Assembly: GCA_963422205.2 (NCBI GenBank)
Contig: CAXMWX010000003.1
Span: 257,565 to 321,564, forward strand
Reading direction: 5' to 3'
Length of the DNA: 64,000 nt
Source: Gammaproteobacteria bacterium
GTDB taxonomy: Bacteria; Pseudomonadota; Gammaproteobacteria; Eutrophobiales; Eutrophobiaceae
Position numbers and translations under genes: made by a program. How positions within the stretch are numbered: the first letter of the stretch is position 1; every line of letters starts with the position of its first letter. This document shows positions 51,522 to 63,100 of the stretch, in pieces. The notes beneath the pieces were generated by a model. It was not told the origin of the DNA, made no database searches, and saw only the letters and a list, made by a program, of their open reading frames with translations.

Positions 51522-51722
51522 CCCCCGCCAGAGCGAAACACCCCCGGCTATTTATGGCTATTTATCTTGTGTATTGACCTATGCTGACTTTGCCGGTGCG
51601 GCAGGTTGTTCACGGCTGATCCTGATCATCTGACCCGATCATCTGGCCGCTCTTTCGCTGGAACTTCCCGGCAGCATCAGCAGTCAGCTACAAAATACAT
51701 CCATGGCAATAGTGATGACACG

Positions 51723-53060
51723 TTGAACAAGCATCTTGCTGATCAAACGGGCAAACAGCAACACGTTGCCGCTAACGGTTTGCTTGATCGCCGGACCTTT
51801 TTGACCTCCGGGGCATCCCTGTTGACCGCTACCGCTATGAGTGACGGGGCCGCAGCCAGGCAAGCAACGGCTGACCGGCCAGTCTGGATGCGGCGCCCGG
51901 GGGCCGCCTTCACCGCCTATGGCAACCCGTCTTACTATGAGGATCGGGTGGTTCGTTTCGCCGCCCCCAATCGTCAGCTGCGTAATAACGGGGCGGCCTG
52001 GACGCCGCTGCATTTATTGCAAGGCACGATCACACCGAATGGCCTGCATTATGAGCGTCATCATAATGGCGTACCCGATATCGACCCGGCAAGACATGAA
52101 TTGCTGCTGCACGGGCTGGTGAAAACCCCGTCTTTTTTCAGCATGGATGCCCTGTTGGCTTACCCCATGCGTTCGCAAATCTGCTTTGTTGAGTGCGGCG
52201 GTAACAGCAATGCGGGCTGGAATACCTCGCCCGCCCGTTCCGAGGCCGGCTATTTTCATGGCCTGGTCTCGTGCAGCGAATGGACGGGGATCCCACTGTC
52301 TATCCTGCTTGATGAGGTGGGGGTTGATCCGGCGGCTGACTGGCTGATTGCCGATGGTGCCGATGCCTTTGCGATGAATATCAGCGTGCCGATGGCAAAG
52401 GCCAGGGACGATGCCATGCTGGGGCTGTACCAGAATGGCGAGCGCCTGCGCCCGGAAAACGGCTACCCGCTGCGGTTGATCCTGCCCGGCTGGGAGGGCG
52501 TGTTAAACGTCAAATGGCTGCGCTCGTTAAAGGCCAGCAAGACCCCGATCATGGCCCGCAATGAAACGGCGCGCTACACCGAATTACTGCCCTCAGGCAA
52601 GGCGCGCATGTTCAGTTTTATCATGCAGACAAAATCCCTCATTACCTCGCCATCGGCTGATATGCACCTGGCGCACGGGCCGGGCATCTATGAGATTACC
52701 GGCCTTGCCTGGAGTGGCAACGGCAGGATCACCCGGGTGGATGTATCGGTTGATGGCGGGCAGAGCTGGGCAGCGGCAGAATTGCAGCCGCCGGTGTTGG
52801 CCAGGGCGTTTACCCGTTTTCGTATTCCCTGGCAATGGAATGGCAAACCGGCCATCATCATGAGCCGGGCGGTGGATGAGACGGGCGCCGTGCAGCCAGC
52901 CAGGGCCGAGTTGCTAAAGCAACGGGGGCGGCACGGCTTTTACCATTACAATGCGATCGTGCGCTGGGCAGTGGATGAGACGGGCGCTGTCAGCCATACC
53001 TATGAGGGGGATAATGCACAAGCGATTGATGATTTTGGCCTTGATTCTGCTTGGGACTAG
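51723..53060 (+). CDS. soxC: Sulfite-oxidase-family molybdoprotein, SoxC/SorA-like
   Basis: Tat motif DRRTFL, TPL..GTITPNGLHYERHH, ECGGN (Mo-ligand Cys), ENGYPLRL, VKWL; start uncertain (TTG 51723 chosen). Confidence 0.88.
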   Translation: MNKHLADQTGKQQHVAANGLLDRRTFLTSGASLLTATAMSDGAAARQATADRPVWMRRPGAAFTAYGNPSYYEDRVVRFAAPNRQLRNNGAAWTPLHLLQGTITPNGLHYERHHNGVPDIDPARHELLLHGLVKTPSFFSMDALLAYPMRSQICFVECGGNSNAGWNTSPARSEAGYFHGLVSCSEWTGIPLSILLDEVGVDPAADWLIADGADAFAMNISVPMAKARDDAMLGLYQNGERLRPENGYPLRLILPGWEGVLNVKWLRSLKASKTPIMARNETARYTELLPSGKARMFSFIMQTKSLITSPSADMHLAHGPGIYEITGLAWSGNGRITRVDVSVDGGQSWAAAELQPPVLARAFTRFRIPWQWNGKPAIIMSRAVDETGAVQPARAELLKQRGRHGFYHYNAIVRWAVDETGAVSHTYEGDNAQAIDDFGLDSAWD

Positions 53061-53547
53061 GCCGCTCAACGCAGCCCAATGGCAGGGCCCGCCTGCTACG
53101 CCGGGGCTGGGGCGGCCAGCGAGCGCTGCGGAGATCGCCAAGCTGGACTGGGGCGTGATGCCCGATGGCAGCGGTCTGCCCGCCGGCGCCGGCAGTGTCG
53201 CCCAGGGAGAGCGCATTTATGCCATGCATTGCATCAGCTGTCATGGACAGGGCGGCCTTGGCGATGGTGGCGATCAGCTTGCCGGGGCGGTGATGCAGTT
53301 GACCGATGAATGGCCGGAGAAGACTGTCGGCACGTACTGGCCCTATGCTACCACCTTGTTTGACTTTATCCGCCGTTCCATGCCGATGACCCGTCCGGGG
53401 GTGTTGTCAGACAGCGAAGTCTATGCCGTCACCGCCTATATTCTGCACCTGAACGGCATCCTGGCCGCCGATGCGGTGCTTAACGCCAGCACGCTGAAAG
53501 ACATCACCCTGCCGAATCATGAGGGTTTTATTCCCATGCCGCACTAG
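53014..53547 (+). CDS. soxD: Monohaem cytochrome c, SoxD/SorB-like
   Basis: Signal peptide, PDGSGLPAG.GS, CISCH, TVGTYWPYATTLFDFIRRSMP; overlaps the soxC 3' end. Confidence 0.82.
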   Translation: MHKRLMILALILLGTRPLNAAQWQGPPATPGLGRPASAAEIAKLDWGVMPDGSGLPAGAGSVAQGERIYAMHCISCHGQGGLGDGGDQLAGAVMQLTDEWPEKTVGTYWPYATTLFDFIRRSMPMTRPGVLSDSEVYAVTAYILHLNGILAADAVLNASTLKDITLPNHEGFIPMPH

Positions 53548-53711
53548 CCCCCGTGTGAGGGCGAGGTGTCGGCCTATCGCTGTTTATCCCGGCCAGCAAA
53601 CCGACGGCTGTCCCCGATGCCGCCCTTGGAGTCGGCCTGGCAGCAGGGCAGCATTCATTCGCCATAAACCCGAGCGGCAGGCGGGCGGATAAACCGGTAC
53701 AATGTCTGTCC

Positions 53712-54773
53712 ATGTCCGGCAATACGACAGGCAAACTCTTTACCGTCACCAGCGCCGGTGAAAGCCACGGCGAGGCGTATATCGGCGTGGTGGATGGCTG
53801 CCCGGCAGGCATGGCGCTGGCGGCGGCAGACCTGCAAGGCGACCTTGACCGGCGCAAGCCCGGCAAGTCCCGGCATGTGACGCAGCGGCGGGAAGCCGAT
53901 CAGGTCAGGATCATCTCTGGCGTGTTTGAAGGCATCACCACCGGCACGCCGATTGCGCTGCTGATTGCCAATGAGGATCAGCGCAGCAAGGACTATACCG
54001 CCATACAGCACAGCTTCCGCCCCGGCCATGCCGATTACAGCTACCAGAGGAAATATGGCCGCCGGGATTACCGTGGCGGTGGCCGGGCCTCGGCACGGGA
54101 GACCTGTATGCGGGTGGCCGCCGGCGCCATCGCCAAAAAATACCTGGCCGAGCAGTGCGGCTGCCGGATTCGGGCTTATCTCTCACAGCTGGGCGAGCAT
54201 GTCCTGGCCTTGAAAGACTGGCAGGCGGTGGAGCGCAATCCGTTTTTCTGCGCCGACCCGGACCAGCTTGCCAGCCTGGAGGCGTACATGGATGCTGTAC
54301 GCAAATCGGGCGACTCGATCGGCGCACGGGTCAATATTCTTGCCGAGAATATGCCGGTCGGGCTGGGAGAGCCGATTTTTGACCGGCTGGATGCCGATAT
54401 TGCCAAGGCCATGATGAGCATCAATGCCGTCAAAGGCGTGGAGATCGGTGATGGTTTTGCCGTGGTGGCACAAACCGGCACACAGCATCGAGATGAGATG
54501 GATCGCACCGGTTTTCTGTCCAATCATGCCGGCGGTACCCTCGGCGGCATCTCAACCGGGCAGGATATACGCATCAGCATCGCCTTGAAACCCACCTCCA
54601 GCATCCGTATCCCGGGGCGGACGCTGGATGTCGATGGGCGTGAGACTGAAGTCGTCACCACCGGCCGGCACGACCCGTGCGTTGGCATCCGGGCGGTGCC
54701 GATCGCCGAGGCGATGCTGGCCATCGTCCTGATGGATCATCTGCTGCGTCATCGGGGCCAGCAGGGCGGCTGA
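53712..54773 (+). CDS. aroC: Chorismate synthase
   Basis: [29 protein letters not shown]. Confidence 0.98.
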   Translation: MSGNTTGKLFTVTSAGESHGEAYIGVVDGCPAGMALAAADLQGDLDRRKPGKSRHVTQRREADQVRIISGVFEGITTGTPIALLIANEDQRSKDYTAIQHSFRPGHADYSYQRKYGRRDYRGGGRASARETCMRVAAGAIAKKYLAEQCGCRIRAYLSQLGEHVLALKDWQAVERNPFFCADPDQLASLEAYMDAVRKSGDSIGARVNILAENMPVGLGEPIFDRLDADIAKAMMSINAVKGVEIGDGFAVVAQTGTQHRDEMDRTGFLSNHAGGTLGGISTGQDIRISIALKPTSSIRIPGRTLDVDGRETEVVTTGRHDPCVGIRAVPIAEAMLAIVLMDHLLRHRGQQGG

Positions 54774-54952
54774 GCCGATTCCCCGCACCGCTTTCCTTCG
54801 GGAATCAGCTCCGCACGGCGGCAAAACCGGCTTGCCGCTGCGAAGTTCAGGCCGGCTATCACGCCGAAGCCCAGCCGCCCCCCGCCTGCCTTGTTGATGC
54901 GGACGATCAGGTGGCCCCTGCCTGTTCGCATGGGCAGGCGGTGTGTTGTTTT

Positions 54953-56779
54953 CTAGGGCCGGGCAATCGCCAGCGCCCGGAGGCGGTGCTGCAATGTGGC
55001 TGTCTCAGCCTGCATGGGCAGCGGCTCGCCAAAGGCAATGACAATCTCGCCTTTTGCGCGAATACGGCGACCCATGCCAGGCGGCTCGTGTGAGCGGACG
55101 GGTTGGCCCTGCCACTGGCTACGGATATGAAACGGCAGGATCACCCCCGCCTCACCCACATCCGTCAACCCGGCCAGCGGTGCTGCCCGGTCGATCGTAC
55201 CCGCCGAGAACAAACACACCGCCTCGCCCGCATTCAATGCCTGGCCGATGGTCTTCAGCGTATCTGCCTTGAGGGGCGCCTCCCTGGCATCAATGACCAC
55301 GGGCGCCACCGCCAGCCGAGCCAGCCACCGCCGCCAGCCGGACTCGCCAGTGGGTTTCTCCATCACAAAACGCACTGGCCGGGGGATGACCATTTGCATC
55401 ATTGCCCAGTCGATCTCGCTGGTACGATTGCCCAGCAGCAGCACGCCACCGGCTTCGGGGATATGGTTAAAGCCGCTCACCTCCAGCCGGTAACGCTGGC
55501 CGATGACCAACGCCACCAGCACCCGCAGCAGGGATTGGGGTAATGCACAGAGTGTGTATAGCGCCATGCCGATTGCCATCAGCGTCAACAGGCCGAACAG
55601 GTGCTGGCTGATATGCAGCTGAGAGAAGATGACCGTGACGATCAAAAAGCCGAACATACAGGTGTTCTGGATGAGATTATTGCCCGCCAGCACCCGCCCC
55701 AGCATCTGCCCGCCGGCATGGAACTGGATCAGGGCATTCAGTGGGACAATCAACAACCCGCCCAGGATCCCTAAGAAGAGAATATTCAGGCTATGTACCA
55801 GCACACTGCCGAGTGAGGGCAGGATGAACAGGCAGCCGGCCAGGCCCAGCGCACCGAGGGGGATGAGTCCCGTCTCGATATGATTTTTTGACACCCGGCC
55901 AGCGAGCAGCGAGCCCAGCATGATGCCGACCCCGGCCGAGGCCAGCATCCCCTGCACCACCGCCACGTCGGTCAGCCCCAGCGACTGTTTGGCAAAGGCC
56001 GGAAATGCCGCCAGCAACACCTGACCGATCGCCCAGAACACCGACAGACCAAGGATGGAGGCAAGGATCACCCCATGCGCCTTGATCGCTGCCAGATTAT
56101 CCCGCAGGTAAGCACCTCGGCGATAGCGTTGCCAGTTAAACCGCATCCCCGTATCTGGCCGGCGAGTTTGTGGCAGCCGCCAGGCCAGCAGCAGTTCAAT
56201 ACCGGCCCCTGCCATAAGCAACCAGCCCAGCGGTGCAATGGCCAGCAACACCTCCCGTTCCGTCTGGAAGACCGCCGCCTTTAGATACAGCTCAAACAGC
56301 ACCGAGAAGACAAACGTCCCGGCTAAAATGGCGATCATGGTGGTTGCCTGTACCAGCCCGTTGGCCCGTGCCAGCCTGTCCTTGCCGGCGATTTCCTTGA
56401 TATAGCCGTACTTGGCGGGTGAGTAAAACGCACTTTGCACCGCCAGTAAAAACGTCATCGCAAAGCCCGCCCAGAACCAGCCGGCGTGATAACACAGGGT
56501 AATCAATGCCGTGAGGATAACGGCGCTGGCGGCGCTGATACGCATCACCTGATGTTTGGGATACTTGTCTGCCAGAAAGCCAGAGGGGGTAGGCAGCAGG
56601 ATGAACGGCAGCAGAATCAGCGCATTGACAATCGCCGTCAGCATCACCAGTTGATCGCCCTCACAGGTCTTGAAGATCGTGTTCTGAATGGTGATCTTAT
56701 GCCCCAGATCAACAAACGCATTCAAAAACACCACCGTGATATACGCCGGAAAGCCCTTAATTTTCAAAAAGCTGCCCAT
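54953..56779 (-). CDS. MFS (LplT-like) plus degenerate acyltransferase fusion; Aas-like, lacking the AMP-binding domain
   Basis: NAFVDLGHKI, QSAFYSPAKYG MFS signature, then GGVLLLGNRTSEID..RFVM..CLFSAG (HX4D and FPEG motifs degenerate). Confidence 0.8.
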   Translation of the reverse strand: MGSFLKIKGFPAYITVVFLNAFVDLGHKITIQNTIFKTCEGDQLVMLTAIVNALILLPFILLPTPSGFLADKYPKHQVMRISAASAVILTALITLCYHAGWFWAGFAMTFLLAVQSAFYSPAKYGYIKEIAGKDRLARANGLVQATTMIAILAGTFVFSVLFELYLKAAVFQTEREVLLAIAPLGWLLMAGAGIELLLAWRLPQTRRPDTGMRFNWQRYRRGAYLRDNLAAIKAHGVILASILGLSVFWAIGQVLLAAFPAFAKQSLGLTDVAVVQGMLASAGVGIMLGSLLAGRVSKNHIETGLIPLGALGLAGCLFILPSLGSVLVHSLNILFLGILGGLLIVPLNALIQFHAGGQMLGRVLAGNNLIQNTCMFGFLIVTVIFSQLHISQHLFGLLTLMAIGMALYTLCALPQSLLRVLVALVIGQRYRLEVSGFNHIPEAGGVLLLGNRTSEIDWAMMQMVIPRPVRFVMEKPTGESGWRRWLARLAVAPVVIDAREAPLKADTLKTIGQALNAGEAVCLFSAGTIDRAAPLAGLTDVGEAGVILPFHIRSQWQGQPVRSHEPPGMGRRIRAKGEIVIAFGEPLPMQAETATLQHRLRALAIARP

Positions 56780-57150
56780 TGTTATCCTCAATTATTCTCA
56801 ACTATCCTCCCCGGCCCGCCTCATAAGGCATACCCTTGCAACTGACCGATGATAGCAAAGCGGCACTGCCCGTGCAGGGGAACAGCCGCCGCACCACACC
56901 GGCCTTATACTCAAACAGCAGTTAAAGATAATAACGGCATAAAAGCGCTTTACAGCCCTGTCATTATGCTAAATAATCTCAATGAAATAAAACAGTTAGC
57001 AGAGCTTTATTAAATTTTGCTTTGACTTTGACCGTTATTGGCAACCCGATCAGGTGTCCCGCATCAGGTGTCCTTGACTTTATGGGTCATGCCGCTGGCG
57101 GGGCATCTTACAAGGTCAGTCGGTAAAAATTGAGGTAGAATAGCGGCGGC

Positions 57151-60100
57151 ATGACGCTGACATTGCCCATCAGGTGGATAGAGTTGAAGAGATCGCGCAA
57201 GACAAGCCAGTCCCCGGCGGGGAAATCAGGCGCACACAGGCTGTCCCTGCCCGCCAGCCCGTTAAGGCCGGTGGTGCGCTCGGTGCGCCGTGTGCTGTTC
57301 CCCACCAGCCTGTTACTCATCGGCGGGGTGGGCAGCGGGGCGGTGCTGGCCGGCCCTGCTGGCGAGCAGGTCACAGCCGGCCAGGGCCGGATCACCCGGC
57401 CGGATGCCACCACCACCACCATCAATCAGCAGTCCCATCGGCTGGCAATCGACTGGCAGTCGTTCAACATCAACCACAACGAGCGGGTTGAGTTCCGCCA
57501 GCCATCGCCACGGGCCACGGCGCTGAACCGCATCGCCGATCAAAATCCCTCACAGATCCACGGTGCGCTCCGGGCCAACGGCGAGGTCATCCTGCTGAAT
57601 CCGAACGGCGTTTTCTTCGGCAAGACGGCACGGGTGAATGTCGGCGCCCTGATCGCCTCCGGCCTTGATATGAGCAACGAGGATTTCCTGTCCGGCCAGT
57701 ACCGCTTTACCGCCCCGGCGGGCGATTCTGGCGGGGCGATCATCAATCAGGGATTGTTGCAGGCGGCCACCGGCGGGTCGATCACCTTGCTCGGTGGCGG
57801 GGTGCAGAATGCCGGCATGATTCTGGCCACCGCTGGCCAGGTCAATCTGCTGGCAGGCCGTCGGGTAACGATGGATTTCGATGGCGATGGTCTGATCCAG
57901 TTCAGCATCGATCAGGGCCTGCTCAAAGATGCCCATGATCTGGATGATGCGATCAGCAACACCGGCGAGATCAGCGCTGACGGCGGGGCGGTGTTGTTAC
58001 AAGGCAAGGCAGCGAGATCGGTGTTCAACCAGGTGATCAACAACGAGGGCATCATCCGCGCACAGCGGATAGAGCGCCGTGGCGGGGTGGTGCGGCTGGT
58101 GGCCGAAGGCCCCTCGGCAGGGCTGGTCAACACCGGCCACATTGATGCTTCAAATAATGACGGGGGCGATGCCTCAATCGATAACAAGGGCGGCCACATA
58201 CATCTCTACGCCGAAGGCCGCACCCGGCTGGCCGCCGAGGGCCGCCTTAATGCCGCCTCGGCCCGCGGCCAGGGCGGCACGGTCGATATCCTCGGCATTG
58301 AACGGGTGGAGATGCTGGGACGGGCGGCGGTGGATGCCTTCGGGGCAGCTGGCGGCGGGGTGGTGCGCCTCGGCGGCGATTACCAGGGCAGCAACCCGGA
58401 CATCACCAATGCCGAACATACCTATGTGGGGCCGAAGGCGGCCATCCGTGCCGATGCCACCGCCTCAGGCGATGGCGGCCGGGTCATCGTCTGGGCGGAT
58501 GATACCGCCGAGATGTACGGCCAGATCAGCGCCCGGGGCGGCCCCCAGGCAGGCGATGGCGGTTTTGTCGAGGTCTCCGGCAAGAAAAACTTCGCTATCG
58601 GCAGCCTGTTCCGACAGATTGATGTCTCCTCACCCACCGCCAGGGGCGGCACCCTGCTGCTGGATCCGATCAATATCGACATTGTCGGTGGCGGGACAAG
58701 TACCACCAACCCCATCACCGGCTCATCGGTCAGCATGAATAGCCTCAAAGCTGCCGACATTTCCGCCTATCTTCAAAACGCCGGCAGCCTGGTGATAACC
58801 ACCGCCGGGTCTAGCACCGCCGGGTCTAGCACCGCCGATGGCAATATTACCGTGGAGAATAGCGCTAATATTTCCTGGAGCGGTGGTAATAACCTGACCT
58901 TAACGGCTGATAACGACATTTCATTAGCAAGTTCCAGCCGGATTAATGCCACTGGCAACGGCAGTATTACCTTAATGGCTAATCGCGACATTTCATTAGC
59001 AAGTTCCAGCCGGATTAATGCCACTGGCAACGGCAGTATTACCTTAACGGCTACTCGTGGCATTTCATTACTCGGTTCCAGCCAGATTACTGCCACTGGT
59101 GGCAGTGATATCACCTTAACAACGGGTGGGACTGCGGCCGGTGTAGGTATTACACTTGCTGGTGATATCAGCACGGCTGGCGGTAATATCACCCTCACGG
59201 GCGCCACCACCTTGACCGGCGCTGTGGCATTGGACACCGGGTCGGGGGCGGGCAACATCACGTTCAGCAACACCGTTGAAGGCACCACGGCCGGCGCTGA
59301 CGCCCTGACCTTAACCGCCGGTACAGGCAACATCAGATTCACCGGGGCAGTGGGCGGCAGCACCGCCCTGGGCGCTATCAGGATCACCAGTGCCAGCAAT
59401 GTCACCCTGGCAGCGGTCACAGCCGCCAGCCTGACCCAGGAGGGGACTTCTGCTGGCACGGCGGGCGGTACCGGCACCACCACCCTGGGCGGTAATCTGA
59501 CCATCGGCGGTAACGTCAACCTCAACACCAACACCATCACCACCACCAGTGGCAGCAGCACGATAACCACCACCAGTGGTGGCACCCTCACCCTGACGGC
59601 AGCCGATACCCTGACCCTGGCCGATGCCACCAGTACGAGCGATACAGCAACGGCGGACATCATGGCAGACGGGGCAGTCGACCTGACCGGTACGGGCGGC
59701 ATCAGCATCTCTGGCGACATCACCACCACCAACGATAACATCACTTTCAACTCCGCCACCACCTTGACCGGCGCTGTGGCATTGAACACCGGGTCGGGGG
59801 CGGGCAACATCACGTTCAGCAGCACCGTTGAAGGCACCACGGCCGGCGCTGACGCCCTGACCTTAACCGCCGGTACAGGCAACATCAGATTCACCGGGGC
59901 AGTGGGCGGCAGCACCCCCCTCACCCCCCTGGGCGCTATCAGGATCACCAGTGCCAGCAATGTCACCCTGGCAGCGGTCACAGCCGCCAGCCTGACCCAG
60001 GAGGGGACTTCTGCTGGCACGGCGGGCGGTACCGGCACCACCACCCTGGGCGGTAATCTGACCATCGGCGGTAACGTCAACCTCAACACCAACACCATCA

Positions 60101-63100
60101 CCACCACCAGTGGCAGCAGCACGATAACCACCACCAGTGGTGGCACCCTCACCCTGACGGCAGCCGATACCCTGACCCTGGCCGATGCCACCAGTACGAG
60201 CGATACAGCAACGGCGGACATCATGGCAGACGGGGCAGTCGACCTGACCGGTACGGGCGGCATCAGCATCTCTGGCGACATCACCACCACCAACGATAAC
60301 ATCACTTTCAACTCCGCCACCACCTTGACCGGCGCTGTGGCATTGAACACCGGGTCGGGGGCAGGCGACATCAGCTTCAGCAGCACGGTGAATGGCGCTG
60401 ACGCCCTGACCTTAACCGCCGGTACAGGCAACATCAGATTCACCGGGGCAGTGGGCGGCAGCACCGCCCTGGGCGCTGTCACCATCCGCAGTGCCAGAGA
60501 TGTCACCCTGGCAGCGGTCACAGCCGCCAGCCTGACCCAGGAGGGGACTTCTGCTGGCACGGCGGGCGGCACCGGCACCACCACCCTGGGCGGTAATCTG
60601 ACCATCGGCGGTAACGTCAACCTCAACACCAACACCATCACCACCACCAGTGGCAGCAGCACGATAACCACCACCAGTGGTGGCACCCTCACCCTGACGG
60701 CAGCCGATACCCTGACCCTGGCCGATGCCACCAGTACGAGCGATACAGCAACGGCGGACATCATGGCAGACGGGGCAGTCGACCTGACCGGTACGGGCGG
60801 CATCCGTATTTCCGGCGACATCACCACCAACGATAACATCACTTTCAACTCCGCCACCACCTTGACCGGCGCTGTGGCATTGAACACCGGGTCGGGGGCG
60901 GGCAACATCACGTTCAGCAGCACCGTTGAAGGCACCACGGCCGGCGCTGACGCCCTGACCTTAACCGCCGGTATGGGCGACATTACGATGACCGGGGTGG
61001 TGGGCGGCAGCACCGCCCTGGGCGCTGTCACCATCCGCAGTGCCAGAGATGTCACCCTGGCAGCGGTCACAGCCGCCAGCCTGACCCAGGAGGGGACTTC
61101 TGCTGGCACGGCGGGCGGCACCGGCACCACCACCCTGGGCGGCAATCTGACCACCAGCACGGCCACAGGCGTGAACATCATCACCAGTGCCATCGCTGTC
61201 AACAACACCATCACCACCACCACGGGCAATGGGACAGTCACGCTCAATGCCAGTGGCAGCACCAGCCCAGCCCTGACCCTGGCCGATGCCACCAGTACGA
61301 GCGATACAGCAACGGCGGACATCATGGCGGGCGGGGCAGTCGACCTGACCGGTACGGGCGGCATCAGCATCTCTGGCGACATCACCACCACCAACGATAA
61401 CATCACTTTCAACTCCGCCACCACCTTGACCGGCGCTGTGGCATTGAACACCGGTACGGGGGCAGGCGACATCAGCTTCAGCAGCACGGTGAATGGCGCT
61501 CACGCCCTGACCTTAACCGCCGGTATGGGCGACATTACGATGACCGGGGTGGTGGGCGGCAGCACCGCCCTGGGCGCTGTCACCATCCGCAGTGCCAGAG
61601 ATGTCACCCTGGCAGCGGTCACAGCCGCCAGCCTGACCCAGGAGGGGACTTCTGCTGGCACGGCGGGCGGCACCGGCACCACCACCCTGGGCGGCAATCT
61701 GACCACCAGCACGGCCACAGGCGTGAACATCATCACCAGTGCCATCGCTGTCAACAACACCATCACCACCACCACGGGCAATGGGACAGTCACGCTCAAT
61801 GCCAGTGGCAGCACCAGCCCAGCCCTGACCCTGGCCGATGCCACCAGTACGAGCGATACAGCAACGGCGGACATCATGGCGGGCGGGGCAGTCGACCTGA
61901 CCGGTACGGGCGGCATCAGCATCTCTGGCGACATCACCACCACCAACGATAACATCACTTTCAACTCCGCCACCACCTTGACCGGCGCTGTGGCATTGAA
62001 CACCGGTACGGGGGCAGGCAACATCAGCTTCAGCAGCACCGTTGAAGGCACCACGGCCGACGCTGACGCCCTGACCTTAACCGCCGGTATGGGCGACATT
62101 ACGATGACCGGGGTGGTGGGCGGCAGCACCGCCCTGGGCGCTGTCACCATCCGCAGTGCCAGAGATGTCACCCTGGCAGCGGTCACAGCCGCCAGCCTGA
62201 CCCAGGAGGGGACTTCTGCTGGCACGGCGGGCGGCACCGGCACCACCACCCTGGGCGGCAATCTGACCACCAGCACGGCCACAGGCGTGAACATCATCAC
62301 CAGTGCCATCGCTGTCAACAACACCATCACCACCACCACGGGCAATGGGACAGTCACGCTCAATGCCAGTGGCAGCACCAGCCCAGCCCTGACCCTGGCC
62401 GATGCCACCAGTACGAGCGATACAGCAACGGCGGACATCATGGCGGGCGGGGCAGTCGACCTGACCGGTACGGGCGGCATCAGCATCTCTGGCGACATCA
62501 CCACCACCAACGATAACATCACTTTCAACTCCGCCACCACCTTGACCGGCGCTGTGGCATTGAACACCGGTACGGGGGCGGGCAACATCAGCTTCAGCAG
62601 CACCGTTGAAGGCACCACGGCCGACGCTGACGCCCTGACCTTAACCGCCGGTATGGGCGACATTACGATGACCGGGGTGGTGGGCGGCAGCACCGCCCTG
62701 GGCGCTGTCACCATCCGCAGTGCCAGAGATGTCACCCTGGCAGCGGTCACAGCCGCCAGCCTGACCCAGGAGGGGACTTCTGCTGGCACGGCGGGCGGCA
62801 CCGGCACCACCACCCTGGGCGGCAATCTGACCACCAGCACGGCCACAGGCGTGAACATCATCACCAGTGCCATCGCTGTCAACAACACCATCACCACCAC
62901 CACGGGCAATGGGACAGTCACGCTCAATGCCAGTGGCAGCACCAGCCCAGCCCTGACCTTGGCCGATGCCACCAGTACGAGCGATACAGCAACGGCGGAC
63001 ATCATGGCGGGCGGGGCAGTCGACCTGACCGGTACGGGCGGCATCAGCATCTCTGGCGACATCACCACCACCAACGATAACATCACTTTCAACTCCGCCA

